Assembly (NCBI GenBank): GCA_964016885.1
Contig: OZ024757.1
Coordinates: 17,794,001-17,858,000 of the forward strand
DNA from: Eledone cirrhosa
Taxonomy: Eukaryota
Reading direction: 5' to 3'
DNA: 64,000 nt
Made by a program: the position numbers and the translations under genes. Position 1 is the stretch's first letter, and every line of letters begins with the position of its first letter. Below are positions 48,296-60,053 of this stretch, piece after piece. The notes under the pieces are model-generated. The model worked only from the letters and a program-made list of their open reading frames with translations, ran no database searches and had not been told where the DNA came from.

Positions 48296-51200
48296 TTACA
48301 GATATATACTCAGAGTCGGCCCATTCACTCGGGCCATTCTTGCTTCTCTCACCCATCTTTCAACAAAATGCTGGGAAGAGAGCACTTCCTTCTCTACTCT
48401 GATTTTCCTTTTCAAATGAAATTTGAAAAAGTCAATCAGAGCATCACCGAAGAGGTAAGTGCTCGTCTTCAGCCCTTTCAAACGTGTCCACCATACTATC
48501 TCTTTCGCCATGGCCACCAGACAGATAAAAACTGCCTGCCCTTCCCGGCTAAAGGAGGAGGGCGGGGCAATCCTCACGATAGACTCAGATGATAGCTGGA
48601 TCCGTCCTAAACGCGACAGCAGGTGTTCGACATAAACCCACAAGTCAGCAATTTTCGGACACTGGACGAGTGCGTGCAGGACGGTTTCGTCGCCCTGCGC
48701 GCATCTCGGACATGCCCGGCTGACGGCACCTCCATGCCTGTAGAGTTTATCCCGAACTGGCAAGGCTCCTCGGTAGCACTGCCAGGCCAGAGATTTCTGG
48801 AAGTTGTCCATAGGCCCTGGCCCGAAAGTTCTTCCGAAGAGATTGGCTAGTTGATTTTCGTCGACGCCTAGAGTTTCCCCAAGTACGTCGTCGCTCTTCC
48901 CCTCCACTAATCCTCTATAGAACGCCGAGGTGGAGTTTCCACCGATCACATTGCCCGATTGGTCGAGGGCTGTGAGCGCCTGAAGACATTCCAGTCTCCA
49001 GGCGCTCCCTCTCGGTCTTCGCTTGACCCAGGACTGCAGCTCCGTCAAGGAAACGAGCTGGGGAAAAACGCGTCTAGCAAACGGCGACCACACCTGATCA
49101 CCGTCGAGGAAGAGGTGGAGATGTCGTAGCCTGAGCGCGTGCCTGCGCATCATCAGCCACGGCATGCCCAGCCCTCCACGTAGCGGGTGTTGACAACAGA
49201 TGGACCGCCTGACCATCGGAGCACGTCCCTTCCACAAAAAGCGAAAGAGCAAACGCTCCAGCGCAGTCAGGCGAGGCTTAGGACAAGGTACGACGGTTAG
49301 GCGGTAGCAGATGACAGACGCAATGTACGCGTTAGCCACCTCCGCTCGACCTTTCAGGGATAGCTTCCTCTCCGCCCATTTCTGGGTGAGAGAAGCCACC
49401 CTGCTCGTCACCTCGTCCCAGTTTTTGTCCGTCTGGAGGTCCGGACCGAACCAGACCCCTAGCAATTTAACCGGTCCGTCCGTCCAGCGCCCGACGACGC
49501 TGTTGGACGGCATGGACCTGCCTCTCCAGGTGCCGAGCTGCAGGCCCACTGACTTTTCCTGGTTGATCATTGCTCCTGTCACCGCTTCGTATTCTCTTAG
49601 TGTAGTGCCGATCGCCTCGATGTGTTTGGCGTTCGACACCACTACGGTGACATCGTCCGCATATGCTGACACGGATCTTCCGCATCCTAGTTCGCGCGGG
49701 ACCCCCCTCAACGTCTCCAGTTTGTGCAGTAATGGCTCGAGAGTCAATACGTACAAGAGGGACGAGAGGGGACATCCTTGGCGGACCGAGCGCATGATGT
49801 TGAACGGTTCCGACAGGTGACCGTTCACTCTCACCACAGAGCAGATGTCGCTGTGCATGGCAGCGATCCAGCCTCTGAAGACGGGCCCAAAGCCAGCCGC
49901 CCTCAGGACTGCCGCTAGGTAACGATGGTCGACCCTATCGAAAGCTTTCGACTGATCTAAATTGATCAAGGACCCACCCGTGCCAGGTTCCCTAGCTACC
50001 CTCTCTACGATGTATCGCATGAGGTGGAGGTTGTCGTGGATGGATCTGTCGGGAATGGCGCATGTCTGCGCCTCTCCCACCAGACCACCAACGACAAGCG
50101 CCAACCTCTTTGCTAGCACCTTGGCCAAAATCTTAAACTCTGTGTTTAGCAGAGTTATGGGCCGGAAATTTTCTATGTTATCCCCCTTGTTCGGATCCTT
50201 TCTCAGCAGTGCCACCGCTCCTCGGCTCACAGAACTGGGAATTATCCCGTTCTGTTGCCAGTTGCAGTAGACGTCCGCCAAGAGGCCTCCGAACAAGTCT
50301 GGCATCTGTACGTAAAGTTCATAGGGCAGACCATCCAAACCAGGCGATTTACCCCTTGTGCAGCCAGTCATTGCCTCCCGTACTTCAGCGGCTGTTATCG
50401 GCTTTTCGCAACACTTCGCCTCAGTGGCCGAGAGCCGCGGCAGTCCGTCGAGGTAGACACTAAAGTCCATCCCTCTACCCGGCCCCCCGCTGCCCCCGAA
50501 CAGCTGAGTGAAGTGTCGCTGAAAAGCTTCACACATTTGCCCGGGATCGAGTAGCATGCGCCCGTCGTGGTCCACCAAAGACCGGATCGTGGCTTTGTTG
50601 CCACGACGCGCCTCCGCCACTCGGGCCCATTGAACGGCTTTCGTCCCCTCGTCTCTGAGAGCACGCACCCTAGCTCTGACAACGCAGCCTTCGTGCTTTG
50701 CATTGAAGAATTGGTCAAGGGCCAATTTCGCCGCAAGCACGTCGGTCGCAATGCCTTTGCTAAGCGCCTCGTCTAATTTTCTAACTAGTTCTCCCTCTGC
50801 TCTATTTTTCTCTATTGCTAAAGCCTTACTAAACCTAATCGATTCTATTCTAATCGCTCTTTTCAGAGCAAACCACCACTTGTTGTTGACGATGGCCCCC
50901 GTCAACGCCCGCTTAACTAGTTCGCTAATCCGGTCTCTGTAGGCCTTGCGCGCTGGTAAGGACGCGTTTAGCTTCCAGTAGCCGGGTCCTCGTCTATGAA
51001 GCCTATCTAAGTCAAGCACACAGATCACGAATTTGTGGTCCGTGTAGCTGACTATCTTGAATTGTGGACAGCCTATGCTAGACCTATCTATTTCCCTACA
51101 AAATAATCTATCTAGATATGATCTGGATGACCCTATGCGGTTTGTCCAAGTCCACATTGGCACATTCGGGAAATCCAATCGGTACCTGTCAGACAGTTCA

Positions 51201-51715
51201 AAACGCCTGAGCAGGTTGGTGAGGCTCTTGCACCCTCCACCCCTATCCGCTAATCCCACACAGTCCCAGCGTGCATCTAAGATCCCGTTCCAGTCGCCCA
51301 CTAACACTAAAGAGCGCGACGTTCCAAGAAAGGTCTCCAGACGCCGGAAGAAATCAGGCCGCCCTGCTCCTGTCGGGGCATAGACGGCCACTAGCCTGAA
51401 AGCTTGCCCGTCTCCGCTGGTCACGTCCAGCACCACCAGCTTACCCTCTGGGTCCAGGAAGATGGCCCGTATGGCGAGATCCAAACCTCTCCGAAAAAGC
51501 ACAGCAACTCCTCCACCGGATCCAGGACGGCTGGGAGATGCGTACACATCGTAGCCGCCGAAGATCGGTGCGAAGGCCCGTGCTTCGGAGATTCTGGTCT
51601 CGCTGATGGCCACTACATCTATGTTTAGTGACCTGAGGTCGTTGAGCAGGTGACCCTGCTTCCATGACGACCCCAAGCCACGCGCATTTATGCTGCCTAT
51701 TCTGAGTGAGGTCAT
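48296..51715 (-). CDS. Element B ORF2: APE, RT and CCHC (1139 aa, intact)
   Basis: APE and RT catalytic motifs present (GDWN, TDH, YADD) and CPRC knuckle. Confidence 0.95.
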   Translation of the reverse strand: MTSLRIGSINARGLGSSWKQGHLLNDLRSLNIDVVAISETRISEARAFAPIFGGYDVYASPSRPGSGGGVAVLFRRGLDLAIRAIFLDPEGKLVVLDVTSGDGQAFRLVAVYAPTGAGRPDFFRRLETFLGTSRSLVLVGDWNGILDARWDCVGLADRGGGCKSLTNLLRRFELSDRYRLDFPNVPMWTWTNRIGSSRSYLDRLFCREIDRSSIGCPQFKIVSYTDHKFVICVLDLDRLHRRGPGYWKLNASLPARKAYRDRISELVKRALTGAIVNNKWWFALKRAIRIESIRFSKALAIEKNRAEGELVRKLDEALSKGIATDVLAAKLALDQFFNAKHEGCVVRARVRALRDEGTKAVQWARVAEARRGNKATIRSLVDHDGRMLLDPGQMCEAFQRHFTQLFGGSGGPGRGMDFSVYLDGLPRLSATEAKCCEKPITAAEVREAMTGCTRGKSPGLDGLPYELYVQMPDLFGGLLADVYCNWQQNGIIPSSVSRGAVALLRKDPNKGDNIENFRPITLLNTEFKILAKVLAKRLALVVGGLVGEAQTCAIPDRSIHDNLHLMRYIVERVAREPGTGGSLINLDQSKAFDRVDHRYLAAVLRAAGFGPVFRGWIAAMHSDICSVVRVNGHLSEPFNIMRSVRQGCPLSSLLYVLTLEPLLHKLETLRGVPRELGCGRSVSAYADDVTVVVSNAKHIEAIGTTLREYEAVTGAMINQEKSVGLQLGTWRGRSMPSNSVVGRWTDGPVKLLGVWFGPDLQTDKNWDEVTSRVASLTQKWAERKLSLKGRAEVANAYIASVICYRLTVVPCPKPRLTALERLLFRFLWKGRAPMVRRSICCQHPLRGGLGMPWLMMRRHALRLRHLHLFLDGDQVWSPFARRVFPQLVSLTELQSWVKRRPRGSAWRLECLQALTALDQSGNVIGGNSTSAFYRGLVEGKSDDVLGETLGVDENQLANLFGRTFGPGPMDNFQKSLAWQCYRGALPVRDKLYRHGGAVSRACPRCAQGDETVLHALVQCPKIADLWVYVEHLLSRLGRIQLSSESIVRIAPPSSFSREGQAVFICLVAMAKEIVWWTRLKGLKTSTYLFGDALIDFFKFHLKRKIRVEKEVLSSQHFVERWVREARMARVNGPTLSIYL

Positions 51716-51750
51716 GTTTAAAATAGAGTGGAAAAGATGGGAAAGACCAC

Positions 51751-53847
51751 TTACCGTACTTTTGGTAGAGGAGGGATGGTTTTTACATCCCTTTTCACTT
51801 GATCGTCTGGTGAAGGGACCGTTGAATCGTCCCTTCGGCTGGTCGTCGGCTCTTCTAAGAGAATGTCTGAGTATACTCTTCGATTGATGGTTCCTCCTAG
51901 GTCCCTGAAATCACCAACTGCGTTGGGGAATTTCGTTTTAATATTTGTGTATTGTTTCTGTGCTATTTTTAGCAGTCTTATGTTAGTTGGCGTTTTGATT
52001 GGTGCTGGTATTATGTAGTCCTGTTGTGAAATGTCTGTGTGTTCAATTATGTAAGTCATTAGTTTCTTGTTGTGTGTATTTATTGCCGTGCATTTGTTTT
52101 TCTGGGGGTGGGGTGTGGTTCTGCTATTTTCTTGTCGTTGTTGCTGGGTGTGTGTGTTTTGTTGTTGTGTTTGCGATGTTGGTGCTTGTGGTGGTGGTGT
52201 TGAAGGTGTTGTTGGCGGTGGGGTTGTCGCCGGTGGTGATGGTGGCGCTAGTGTGGGTGGTGATGGTGTTGGTGTTGTTGCTGCTGTGGGTCTCTTTGCA
52301 GTAGACTTTACCCTTTTCTCATTTCTTTCCTCCCTTTTCAAAGGCGACGATGCGCTGCTTCTGCGTTTGTGCCTTCTTACGACCTTTTGCCATCTCTCTC
52401 CCACCTCACACTCCATGTCTGGTTCTGTGAGGTCGGGGAGGGGTACCAACTCCACTCTTTCACTTGTTGTTGTTGGTGATGTTTGCACTGGAGTCTCTGT
52501 TGCAGCTGCATTTGGTATTGCTGTTGTTGTTGTTAGTATTTCCACTGCTGCTGCTGTTTTTGATTTCCGTGGAGTGGGTATGGGTGCCACGGGCCTATCG
52601 TTCCTGGTTGCCGCTTGTCCTGTTGCTGGTAGCCGTGGAGCCGGATTCGGAAGGAGGGGGGTTTTCTCCTTTCTCAGGGTCTTCTCGTTGCAGAAGGCCC
52701 TGAGGTGAGTCTTCGATCCACAGCGAAAGCATTTCGGGCGTTTGCCCTCAACACTTATGGGCAGTTGAGTGCCGTTATCGAAGTCTATCACATCCGGGAT
52801 AGCTTCGATGCACTCCTGGTTGGTTTGGATTAGCATCTCAATGGAGGAGCCGACCCAATCTTCTCTTACTTTTTTCTGTACTTGCAGTACAGTTGTTTTG
52901 TCCTCGATTCCGACGAGGACAGACGCGGCCAGCCAAGAAGGGGTCATTCCGGGGGTGACGTGGGTCAGTTTGACCCTCACAATTTTTTGCCCGCAGTAGG
53001 AGGGCACCAACACCATTTCCTCGCTCCTTAGGGTCACTACTGATTGGGCCTTTGCCTCCTGGGGTGTGGCAAAAAGTACGTCTACGGTGGCGTATTTTTT
53101 GCCTCGGGTGATGTGCGTTTTCCGCTGCCACACAGACCCCAAGGCTTTTTGTATTTGGGCCTCTGTGGCTCTTTCCACCCTACGGGATTTTGTACTTACT
53201 GTACGGTACGTGACCGTACAGTGCTCTTGGGTTTCGAAAAAATTTTTCGCTGCCTTGCAGATTGCTCGGTGTCCGTTCTTTGTCACCATCTTCTTCGCTT
53301 CCTCTAATTCCTCATTTGTTATGAGGATTGTTTCCAAGTTTTTCGCAATACCTGCAAATGAGATTGGTTTTTCTCTGCTGTTGTTGTTGTCGTCAGAGCT
53401 GCTGGTACTTTTGTTGTTGCTGCAGGTACTACGACTACTGCCTCCGCCGCTGTTGCTGTGGTTGTTGTTGGTGTTGCTGCTGCTAATGCTGTTGTTGTTT
53501 ATGCTGCTGGTGATGCTGTTGCGGCTGCTACTGTTGTTTTCATTGTCACTGTTGCTGTTGTTATTACGGCTGCTACTGCTATTATTCCTGACGTCAGACG
53601 AATGAACTGGGTTTTCGTATTTCCCGCACACCTGTTTCGTCGCTGTCGTCGTCGTCGTGGAGAAACCTTGCACGCTTTGCACGAGACTTTTCTTTTCTTT
53701 CGTCACTTGCGAAAGAGAAGGGAGGGAGAGAGACACATTTAAAGAAGGGAGGGAGAGAGACAATCTTCTCTCTGCTGTAGTGATGATTGAGGAAGAAGAA
53801 GACGGAATGAGTGGGAGTGACGTATGAAATTTCTTTTTCGTAGCCAT
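51751..53847 (-). CDS. Element B ORF1 (gag-like, CFRC-x4-H-x4-C knuckle, S/N-rich and P/T-rich tracts)
   Basis: Open frame. The first ATG (MATKKK) is at 53847. Homologous to ORF1 of A and C. Confidence 0.85.
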   Translation of the reverse strand: MATKKKFHTSLPLIPSSSSSIITTAERRLSLSLPSLNVSLSLPSLSQVTKEKKSLVQSVQGFSTTTTTATKQVCGKYENPVHSSDVRNNSSSSRNNNSNSDNENNSSSRNSITSSINNNSISSSNTNNNHSNSGGGSSRSTCSNNKSTSSSDDNNNSREKPISFAGIAKNLETILITNEELEEAKKMVTKNGHRAICKAAKNFFETQEHCTVTYRTVSTKSRRVERATEAQIQKALGSVWQRKTHITRGKKYATVDVLFATPQEAKAQSVVTLRSEEMVLVPSYCGQKIVRVKLTHVTPGMTPSWLAASVLVGIEDKTTVLQVQKKVREDWVGSSIEMLIQTNQECIEAIPDVIDFDNGTQLPISVEGKRPKCFRCGSKTHLRAFCNEKTLRKEKTPLLPNPAPRLPATGQAATRNDRPVAPIPTPRKSKTAAAVEILTTTTAIPNAAATETPVQTSPTTTSERVELVPLPDLTEPDMECEVGERWQKVVRRHKRRSSASSPLKREERNEKRVKSTAKRPTAATTPTPSPPTLAPPSPPATTPPPTTPSTPPPQAPTSQTQQQNTHTQQQRQENSRTTPHPQKNKCTAINTHNKKLMTYIIEHTDISQQDYIIPAPIKTPTNIRLLKIAQKQYTNIKTKFPNAVGDFRDLGGTINRRVYSDILLEEPTTSRRDDSTVPSPDDQVKRDVKTIPPLPKVR

Positions 53848-54081
53848 GTTGTTTTTTTGTTTAAAATGAAATTTTGGGTACAAAACCCCAATAACTGGTT
53901 ATTTAACCCCGAAGGGCCAAATAACGGACAGAAAGACCCCTCTCACGAGGAGGAGGGTGTCTTTATCAACAATTTGGTTCAAGTTTTAAACAATTTACAA
54001 TTGTTTTAACGGTTAAAAATTACTATACCTTACAGAGCCGAGCCTCCGTCAACCATGGCATTCAATAATAATAATAATAAT

Positions 54082-57000
54082 GATTTCATTTATTAGCCAC
54101 AAGGGCCGACATGTAGGGGACAATACAAAGACAGGGACAGTGGGGGTTTACAATAAGGTCGAGTAAAAGTGCACAATGGCAAGACTAATTTAACAATGAA
54201 AATATAAAATATAAAATAAACTATGCAAAATACAACAAAATAAATTCCCCGATAGGGGGTGGACGACCCTGGGGTGATTCGGGTACCCCACCAATCCTGA
54301 ACCACCCTGCGTTTCTAGGGCACCCAGGAGAGCACCCCTCTCCTCAAGTTAGCTAGCCTATAGGCGCATGGTCAGAGTAGGCCCATTCACACGAGCCATT
54401 CTCGCCACATTCACCCACCTTTTAGCAAATGTACTGGGGGGCAGCACTTCTCTCTCCACCCTCACCCTCCTTTCCAGGTGAAACTTGAAGAAGTTGATGA
54501 GGGATTGGCCGAAGAGAAAAGTGTCTGTCTTTAGTCCTTTCAACCTGGTCCACCATATAATCTCTTTCGCAACTGCCACCAGACAGAGGAAAATGTCCTG
54601 CTCTTCCTGACCTAAGGAAGGTGGCGGCTCGATCTTCACTATGGACTCGGCCGATAACTGGATTCGTTCCACACGCGACAGTAGCTGTTCGACATAACTC
54701 CACAAGTCAGTAATGCACGGACATTGGACAAGTGCGTGCAGAACGGTTTCGTCGTTCTGTGCGCATCTTGGGCAGGTCCGTCTGACAGCACTTCCGTGCC
54801 TGTAGAGTTTATCCCGAACCGGCAGTGCCCCCCGGTAGCACTGCCAAGCGAGGGATTTCTGGAAATTGTCCATCGTCCCCGGCTCAAAAGTCCTCCGGTA
54901 CAGACTGGTCAGTTCGACTTCGTCGAGGCCCAAAGCTTCTCCGAGTGCGTCATCGCACTTGCCCACCACTAATCCTCTATAAAACTTGAGAGTGGAAGTT
55001 CCACTGATCGCATTGCCCGCTTGGTAGAGGGCAGTGAGTGCCTGGCAACATTCCAGGTGCCAGTCACCCAGTCTCGGTCTCTTCTTGACCCAGGACTGCA
55101 GCTCAGTCAAAGAAATGAGCTGCGGAAAGGCCCGTCTGATAAACGGCGACCACACCTGTTCACCATTGAGGCAGAATATCTGGAGATGTCGCAGCCTCAA
55201 CGCATGTCTGCGCATCATTAGCCACGGCATGCCCAGCCCTCCGTGTAGAGGGTGCTGGCAGCAGATGGACCGCCTCACCAACGGAACTTGTCCCCTCCAC
55301 AAGAATTTGAAGAGGAGCCGTTCCAACTTGACGAGGCGCGGACGGGGGCAAGGCACGACTGTTAGGCGGTAATAGATGACGGACGCGATGTACGCATTCG
55401 CCACCTCCGCGCGACCTTTCAGTGATAGCTTCCTCCCAGCCCATTTTTGGGTGAGACTGGCTACTCTGCTCGTTACCTCGTCCCAATTCTTTTCCACCTG
55501 GAGGTCTGGTCCGAACCAAACCCCGAGCAACTTTACTGGTCCGTCCGTCCAGCGCCCCACGACGCTGTTGGACGGCATTGGCTTGCCTCTCCAGGTTCCG
55601 AGCTGCAAGCCCACCGACTTTTCCGGGTTAAGTTTGGCTCCTGTCAACCTTTCATATTCTTTCAATAAGGTGCCGACCACCTCGATTTCTGAGGTGTTCG
55701 ACACCATCACGGTGATGTCGTCCGCATAAGCCGACACCGCCTTTCCACGTCCCGGTTCGAGCGGGATGCCCTGCAACAGCTCCAGCTTCCGCAGTAAAGG
55801 CTCGAGAGTCAATATGTACAGAAGGGAAGAGAGAGGGCACCCTTGACGGACCGATCGGGAGAGCCGAAATGGTTCCGAGAGGTGGCCATTAACTTTGACC
55901 ACCGAGCGTGTGCCGCTGTGCATTGCAACGATCCAGCTTCTAAAGACAGGGCCGAAGCCAGCTGCTTTGAGGACAAACTCCAGATACCGATGGTCGACCC
56001 TATCGAATGCTTTCGATTGATCTAAATTGATCAGTGCCCCACCGAAGCCAGGTTTACACCCTACCCTCTCTATGATGTATCGCATGAGGTGGAGATTGTC
56101 GTGTATGGACCTGGCTGGGATTGCGCAAGTTTGCGCCTCCCCAACCAAATCCTCGACGACAAGCGCCAATCTCTTTGCTAAAATCTTGGCCAAAATCTTA
56201 AACTCTGTGTTGAGCAGAGTTATGGGCCTGAAGTTGTCTAATGTATCCCTCTTGTTCTCGTCTTTCCTTATCAGCGTCACCACTCCCCTGCTCACAGAAC
56301 TGGGAATACTCCCATTCTGCTGCCAGTTACAGTAGAGTGCTTCGAGGAGTTCGGAGAACAAGTCTGGCATATTTACGTAAAGCTCGTAGGGCAGGCCATC
56401 CAAGCCTGGTGACTTGCGCCTCATGCAGCCGACAAGGGCGTCCTGAATTTCGGCTGAAGTAATCGGCCTTTCGCAGCGCTCAGCGTCGACCGTCGAGATG
56501 CGCGGCAAGCCGTCAAGGTAGGGACTGAAATCCGCTACTCTCTCTGACCCGCCACTCTCCCCGAACAACCGAGCAAAGTGCTGGCGAAAGGCCTCACATA
56601 TCCGCTTGGAATCGCTTATCTCGTGTCCGTCTCGGTCCGCCAAAGACCGAATTGTGGTTTTATTACCACGCTGCGCCTCCGCCACACGGGCCCATCGAAC
56701 AGCTTTAGTTCCCTCGTTTCTCAGCGCACGCGCCTTAGCTCTGACAATGCAACCTTCGTGTTTGGCATTGAAGAAATGGTCTAATGCCATTCTCGCCGCT
56801 AGCACGTCAGTTGCGATGCCACTACAAATAGCCTCGTCTAACTTATCTACCAGCTCCCCCTCCTTTCTATTTTTCTCTAACGCTAGTTCTTTGCTGAACT
56901 CTATCGAAGTTACTCTAATCTCTCTTTTGAGAGCCCCCACCATCTGTTGTTGATGATCCCCCCTGTCAACTTTTGCTTAACTAACTTATTGACTCGGTCC

Positions 57001-60000
57001 CTGTAAGCCTTACGTGCCGGAAATGACATGTTCAGCTTCCAGTAACCCGGTCCTAACCTACGCGTTTTATTTAGGTCGACCGTACAGATCACAAATTTGT
57101 GATCTGAATAGGCGACCGTTTTAAAAAGTGGACAGCCCACACTATTTCTATCTATTTTTCTAATGAAGATTCTGTCTATATACGATCTAGATGACCCCAT
57201 TCGGTTGGTCCATGTCCATACTGGCACATTGGGGAAATCTAGTCGATACCTGTCAGACAGTTGGAACTGGCTGAGTAGGTGCTTGAGGCTATTACACCCC
57301 CCGCTCCTATCGGCTACTCCCACACAATCCCAGCGTGCGTCTAAGATGCCATTCCAGTCCCCCGCTAACAGTAAAGTGCGAGACGTACCCAGAAAGGTCT
57401 CCAGGCGCCTAAAGAAGTCAGGTCGTCCGGCCCTTGTAGGGGCGTAGGCGGCCAGCAGTCTAAAGGCACCACCTTCGCTACTGCTCACATCCAAGACCAC
57501 CAACTTACCGTCCGGGTCCCGGAAGATCGACCTTACCTCGAGATCCAGTCCTTTCCTAAACAGCACTGCCACCCCACCCCCCATTCGCGGCCTGCTAACA
57601 GATGCGAAGATCTGATAGTCATCGAAAATGGGGGCTAGTGCACGAGTGTCGGAAATTCTGGTCTCGCTTACGGCAATCACATCCATTTCCAGCGACCGGA
57701 GGTCGTTGAGCAGGCGACCCTGCTTCCAGGGTGACCCCAGACCGCGAACATTTAAACTTCCTACTCTTAATATGGCCATATTGGTAAGCTAAGAGAGAGA
57801 GAGGGAAGGTTTACTTACCTCCCGGGTCTTGTGAAGGTCGGGTGGTTCGACCTCCATGGTTGGTGGGGTTTCTTTTGGGAACCCCTTTAAAAGTCTTGAT
57901 GTGGGTTTCACATTCGGGTTTCCCACGTCTTGAGGAAAGCTCTCTCGAATTTCTTTGAAAGAATTGAGTGACATTCGGACCAGAAGCAAATCTTCTGGCA
58001 CGCAAAATGTGCTCATTTCAAAAATCTCCCCCTCTGTTTGAATGTCCTCGCTTCGCGCTAAGAGGGCCATCAGTTTATCGTTGGCCCTTCTGACAAGCAC
58101 GAAGTTTTTAACATTTTGTTGGTGTGGTTTTATTTGTTTTCGTTTTGGTGAAGGTGGCGGCGATGGTTTTGGTGGTGTTGTTTCGGGTATGTCTATGTTT
58201 GTTGTAGGTGTGGTGTCTGCAATTTCAGGTATTTGTGTGTTTATTTGTACTTGTGTTTGTTTAGGTTGTTTGCGTTTCGGGGATTGTGGAGGTGGTGTCG
58301 ATGTTGCTGATGGTGCTGATGTTATTGGGGAAGTGTCTGCGTTAGTGGTGTCTGTATTTTTTGTTGTGTGTGTTTTTGTGTTTTGTAGGGGCTTTTTTTT
58401 TGTGTGAGTTTTCTCTGTTCTTTTGCACTTTTGGGTTTTCCTTCATCTTCGCTGCTGGAAGACAAAGGGTCTGTGTCTGTGAGTGTCTCTGTGTCTGTGT
58501 GTGCGTTTATTTTTTTTTTTTCTATGTATATAGTTGGGGGGGGGGGGAGAGCTTTCCTCGTTTTCTCCTTGGATTGGTTTTGGTGTTGGTGGTGATCCGG
58601 CTGCTTTTGATGTTGGTGTCCGTGTTTTTGTTGATGTTGTTTTTGGTGGTGGTGGTGGTGCAGCTTTCCGTGCTGACACTGGCGTTGGCAACAAAGGAGG
58701 TTTGCGACCCCCTGCATTTTTGCGCTGAGGGCAGAAGGCTTGAAGATGCGTGGCTTCCCCGCAAACGAAGCAGCGTGGCCTTCTTCCGTCAATCATTAGT
58801 TGGATTGTTGTCCCGTCCTGCAGGCGGGCAAAATCTGGGATGTTATTTATATCCTCCGGTTTCATTTGGAGAAGAATCTCCAAATCCATTCCGGACCAGT
58901 CTTCTCTCTCTGTCCTTTTGATGTCCAGGAGGGTGGTGTCTGTCCCCTCCTCGATTACGCATCCCAGCAGCCACCATATGTTCATTCCTGGTGGGATGCT
59001 GGGAATGCGTACCTTCACTGTCCTTTTACCCATATAGGACGGATGCATGATAATGCGTTCCGTTCTGCAGGGATCACCGAGTGCTTAATAGCGAGGGCCT
59101 CGGATTTGAACAGTACCGAGATGGTACCGAACTGTTTGCCTCTTGCTTTGTACTCTATGTTACTTCCGATGTACTCCAACGCAGCCTCTACCTCTGCTTG
59201 GCTCGCAAGTTCCACTTTTCGTGTCTGCACCGAAATACATCGAAAGAGCACCGTCCTCCTTTGCATGGCCGCTATTGCCTCGTCCGGGATGGTTAGGTTT
59301 GCCCAGGACTTCTCCCGTTTAATTAGCCTCCACGCTTTGGCTAACTGTTCGTCTTAATCGCTAATATCAATATCGATATTCAATAAGCGCTTTGTTTTTG
59401 CTGCTGCTGCTGCAGCAAATGTGGTGTTTCTGATGCTCTTATTGTTGTTGTTGTCATTCTTGCTGTTGCCACCGCCATCCTTGTTTACATTGAAGCTGTC
59501 GGTGTTTTTGTCGTTATTGCTCTGAGTTGTTGTGGTGGTGGTGGTGGTGGTGGTGGTGGTGGTGGCGGTGGTGGTGATGTCGTTTTCAGATGATTCTGCT
59601 GCTATGCCAGAAGATTATGATGGTAGCTTTTTAGTTTTGCCTTCACATTCAGTAGAGTGGATGACAGGCATGACTGTAGCCGTCGTAGTCGTGGTGAAAT
59701 CTGCAGTGGCTGCCTTTAAACTTTTGACCTGAACGTTGTTTACCGTTTCAAGGTCGAAAATTTCTATAATTTTCTTTTGGTGAATTTGAGGAGGAGAGGG
59801 TGCCTATTATTATATGGCCGCACATGTGTGAAGACAGACAAGTCTGCGGGGGAAACGGTTCGTAGCTTTAAGTTGTTTTAAAGTGTCTTTTTTTTGTATT
59901 TTCTTGTCATTAACGAAACTTAAGGTACACATCTTGATTTAAAGAGAGGGATACCTCTCAATATTCGGGTTTTAAGCCCGAATATTCAGATTTATTTTTA

Positions 60001-60010
60001 AAATCTTCGA
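54082..60010 (-). mobile_element. Tx1/L1-clade element C, near full length, frameshifted in ORF2 (~56940) and ORF1
   Basis: ORFs 56910-57779 and 54358-56943 tile ORF2. ORF1 pieces at 57789-59700 include the CFVC knuckle. 3' end CCCTTGTGGCTAATAAATGAAATC. Confidence 0.92.
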
Positions 60011-60053
60011 AAAAAAAAAAAAAAATAAAATAAAATAATAATAATAATAATAA

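Larger units (their letters stand above)
48033..54063 (-). mobile_element. Tx1/L1-clade element B, full length, both ORFs open, flanked by (ATT)n
   Basis: 5'UTR, ORF1, 35-bp spacer, ORF2 and a 3' end CCCTTGTGGTTAATAAAGAAATC followed by (ATT)n. Confidence 0.95.

Noticed and set aside
48623-57447. Many plus-strand ORFs antisense to Tx1 ORF2 that recur between elements
   Set aside because: These are shadow frames of conserved GC-rich coding sequence with no independent motifs.
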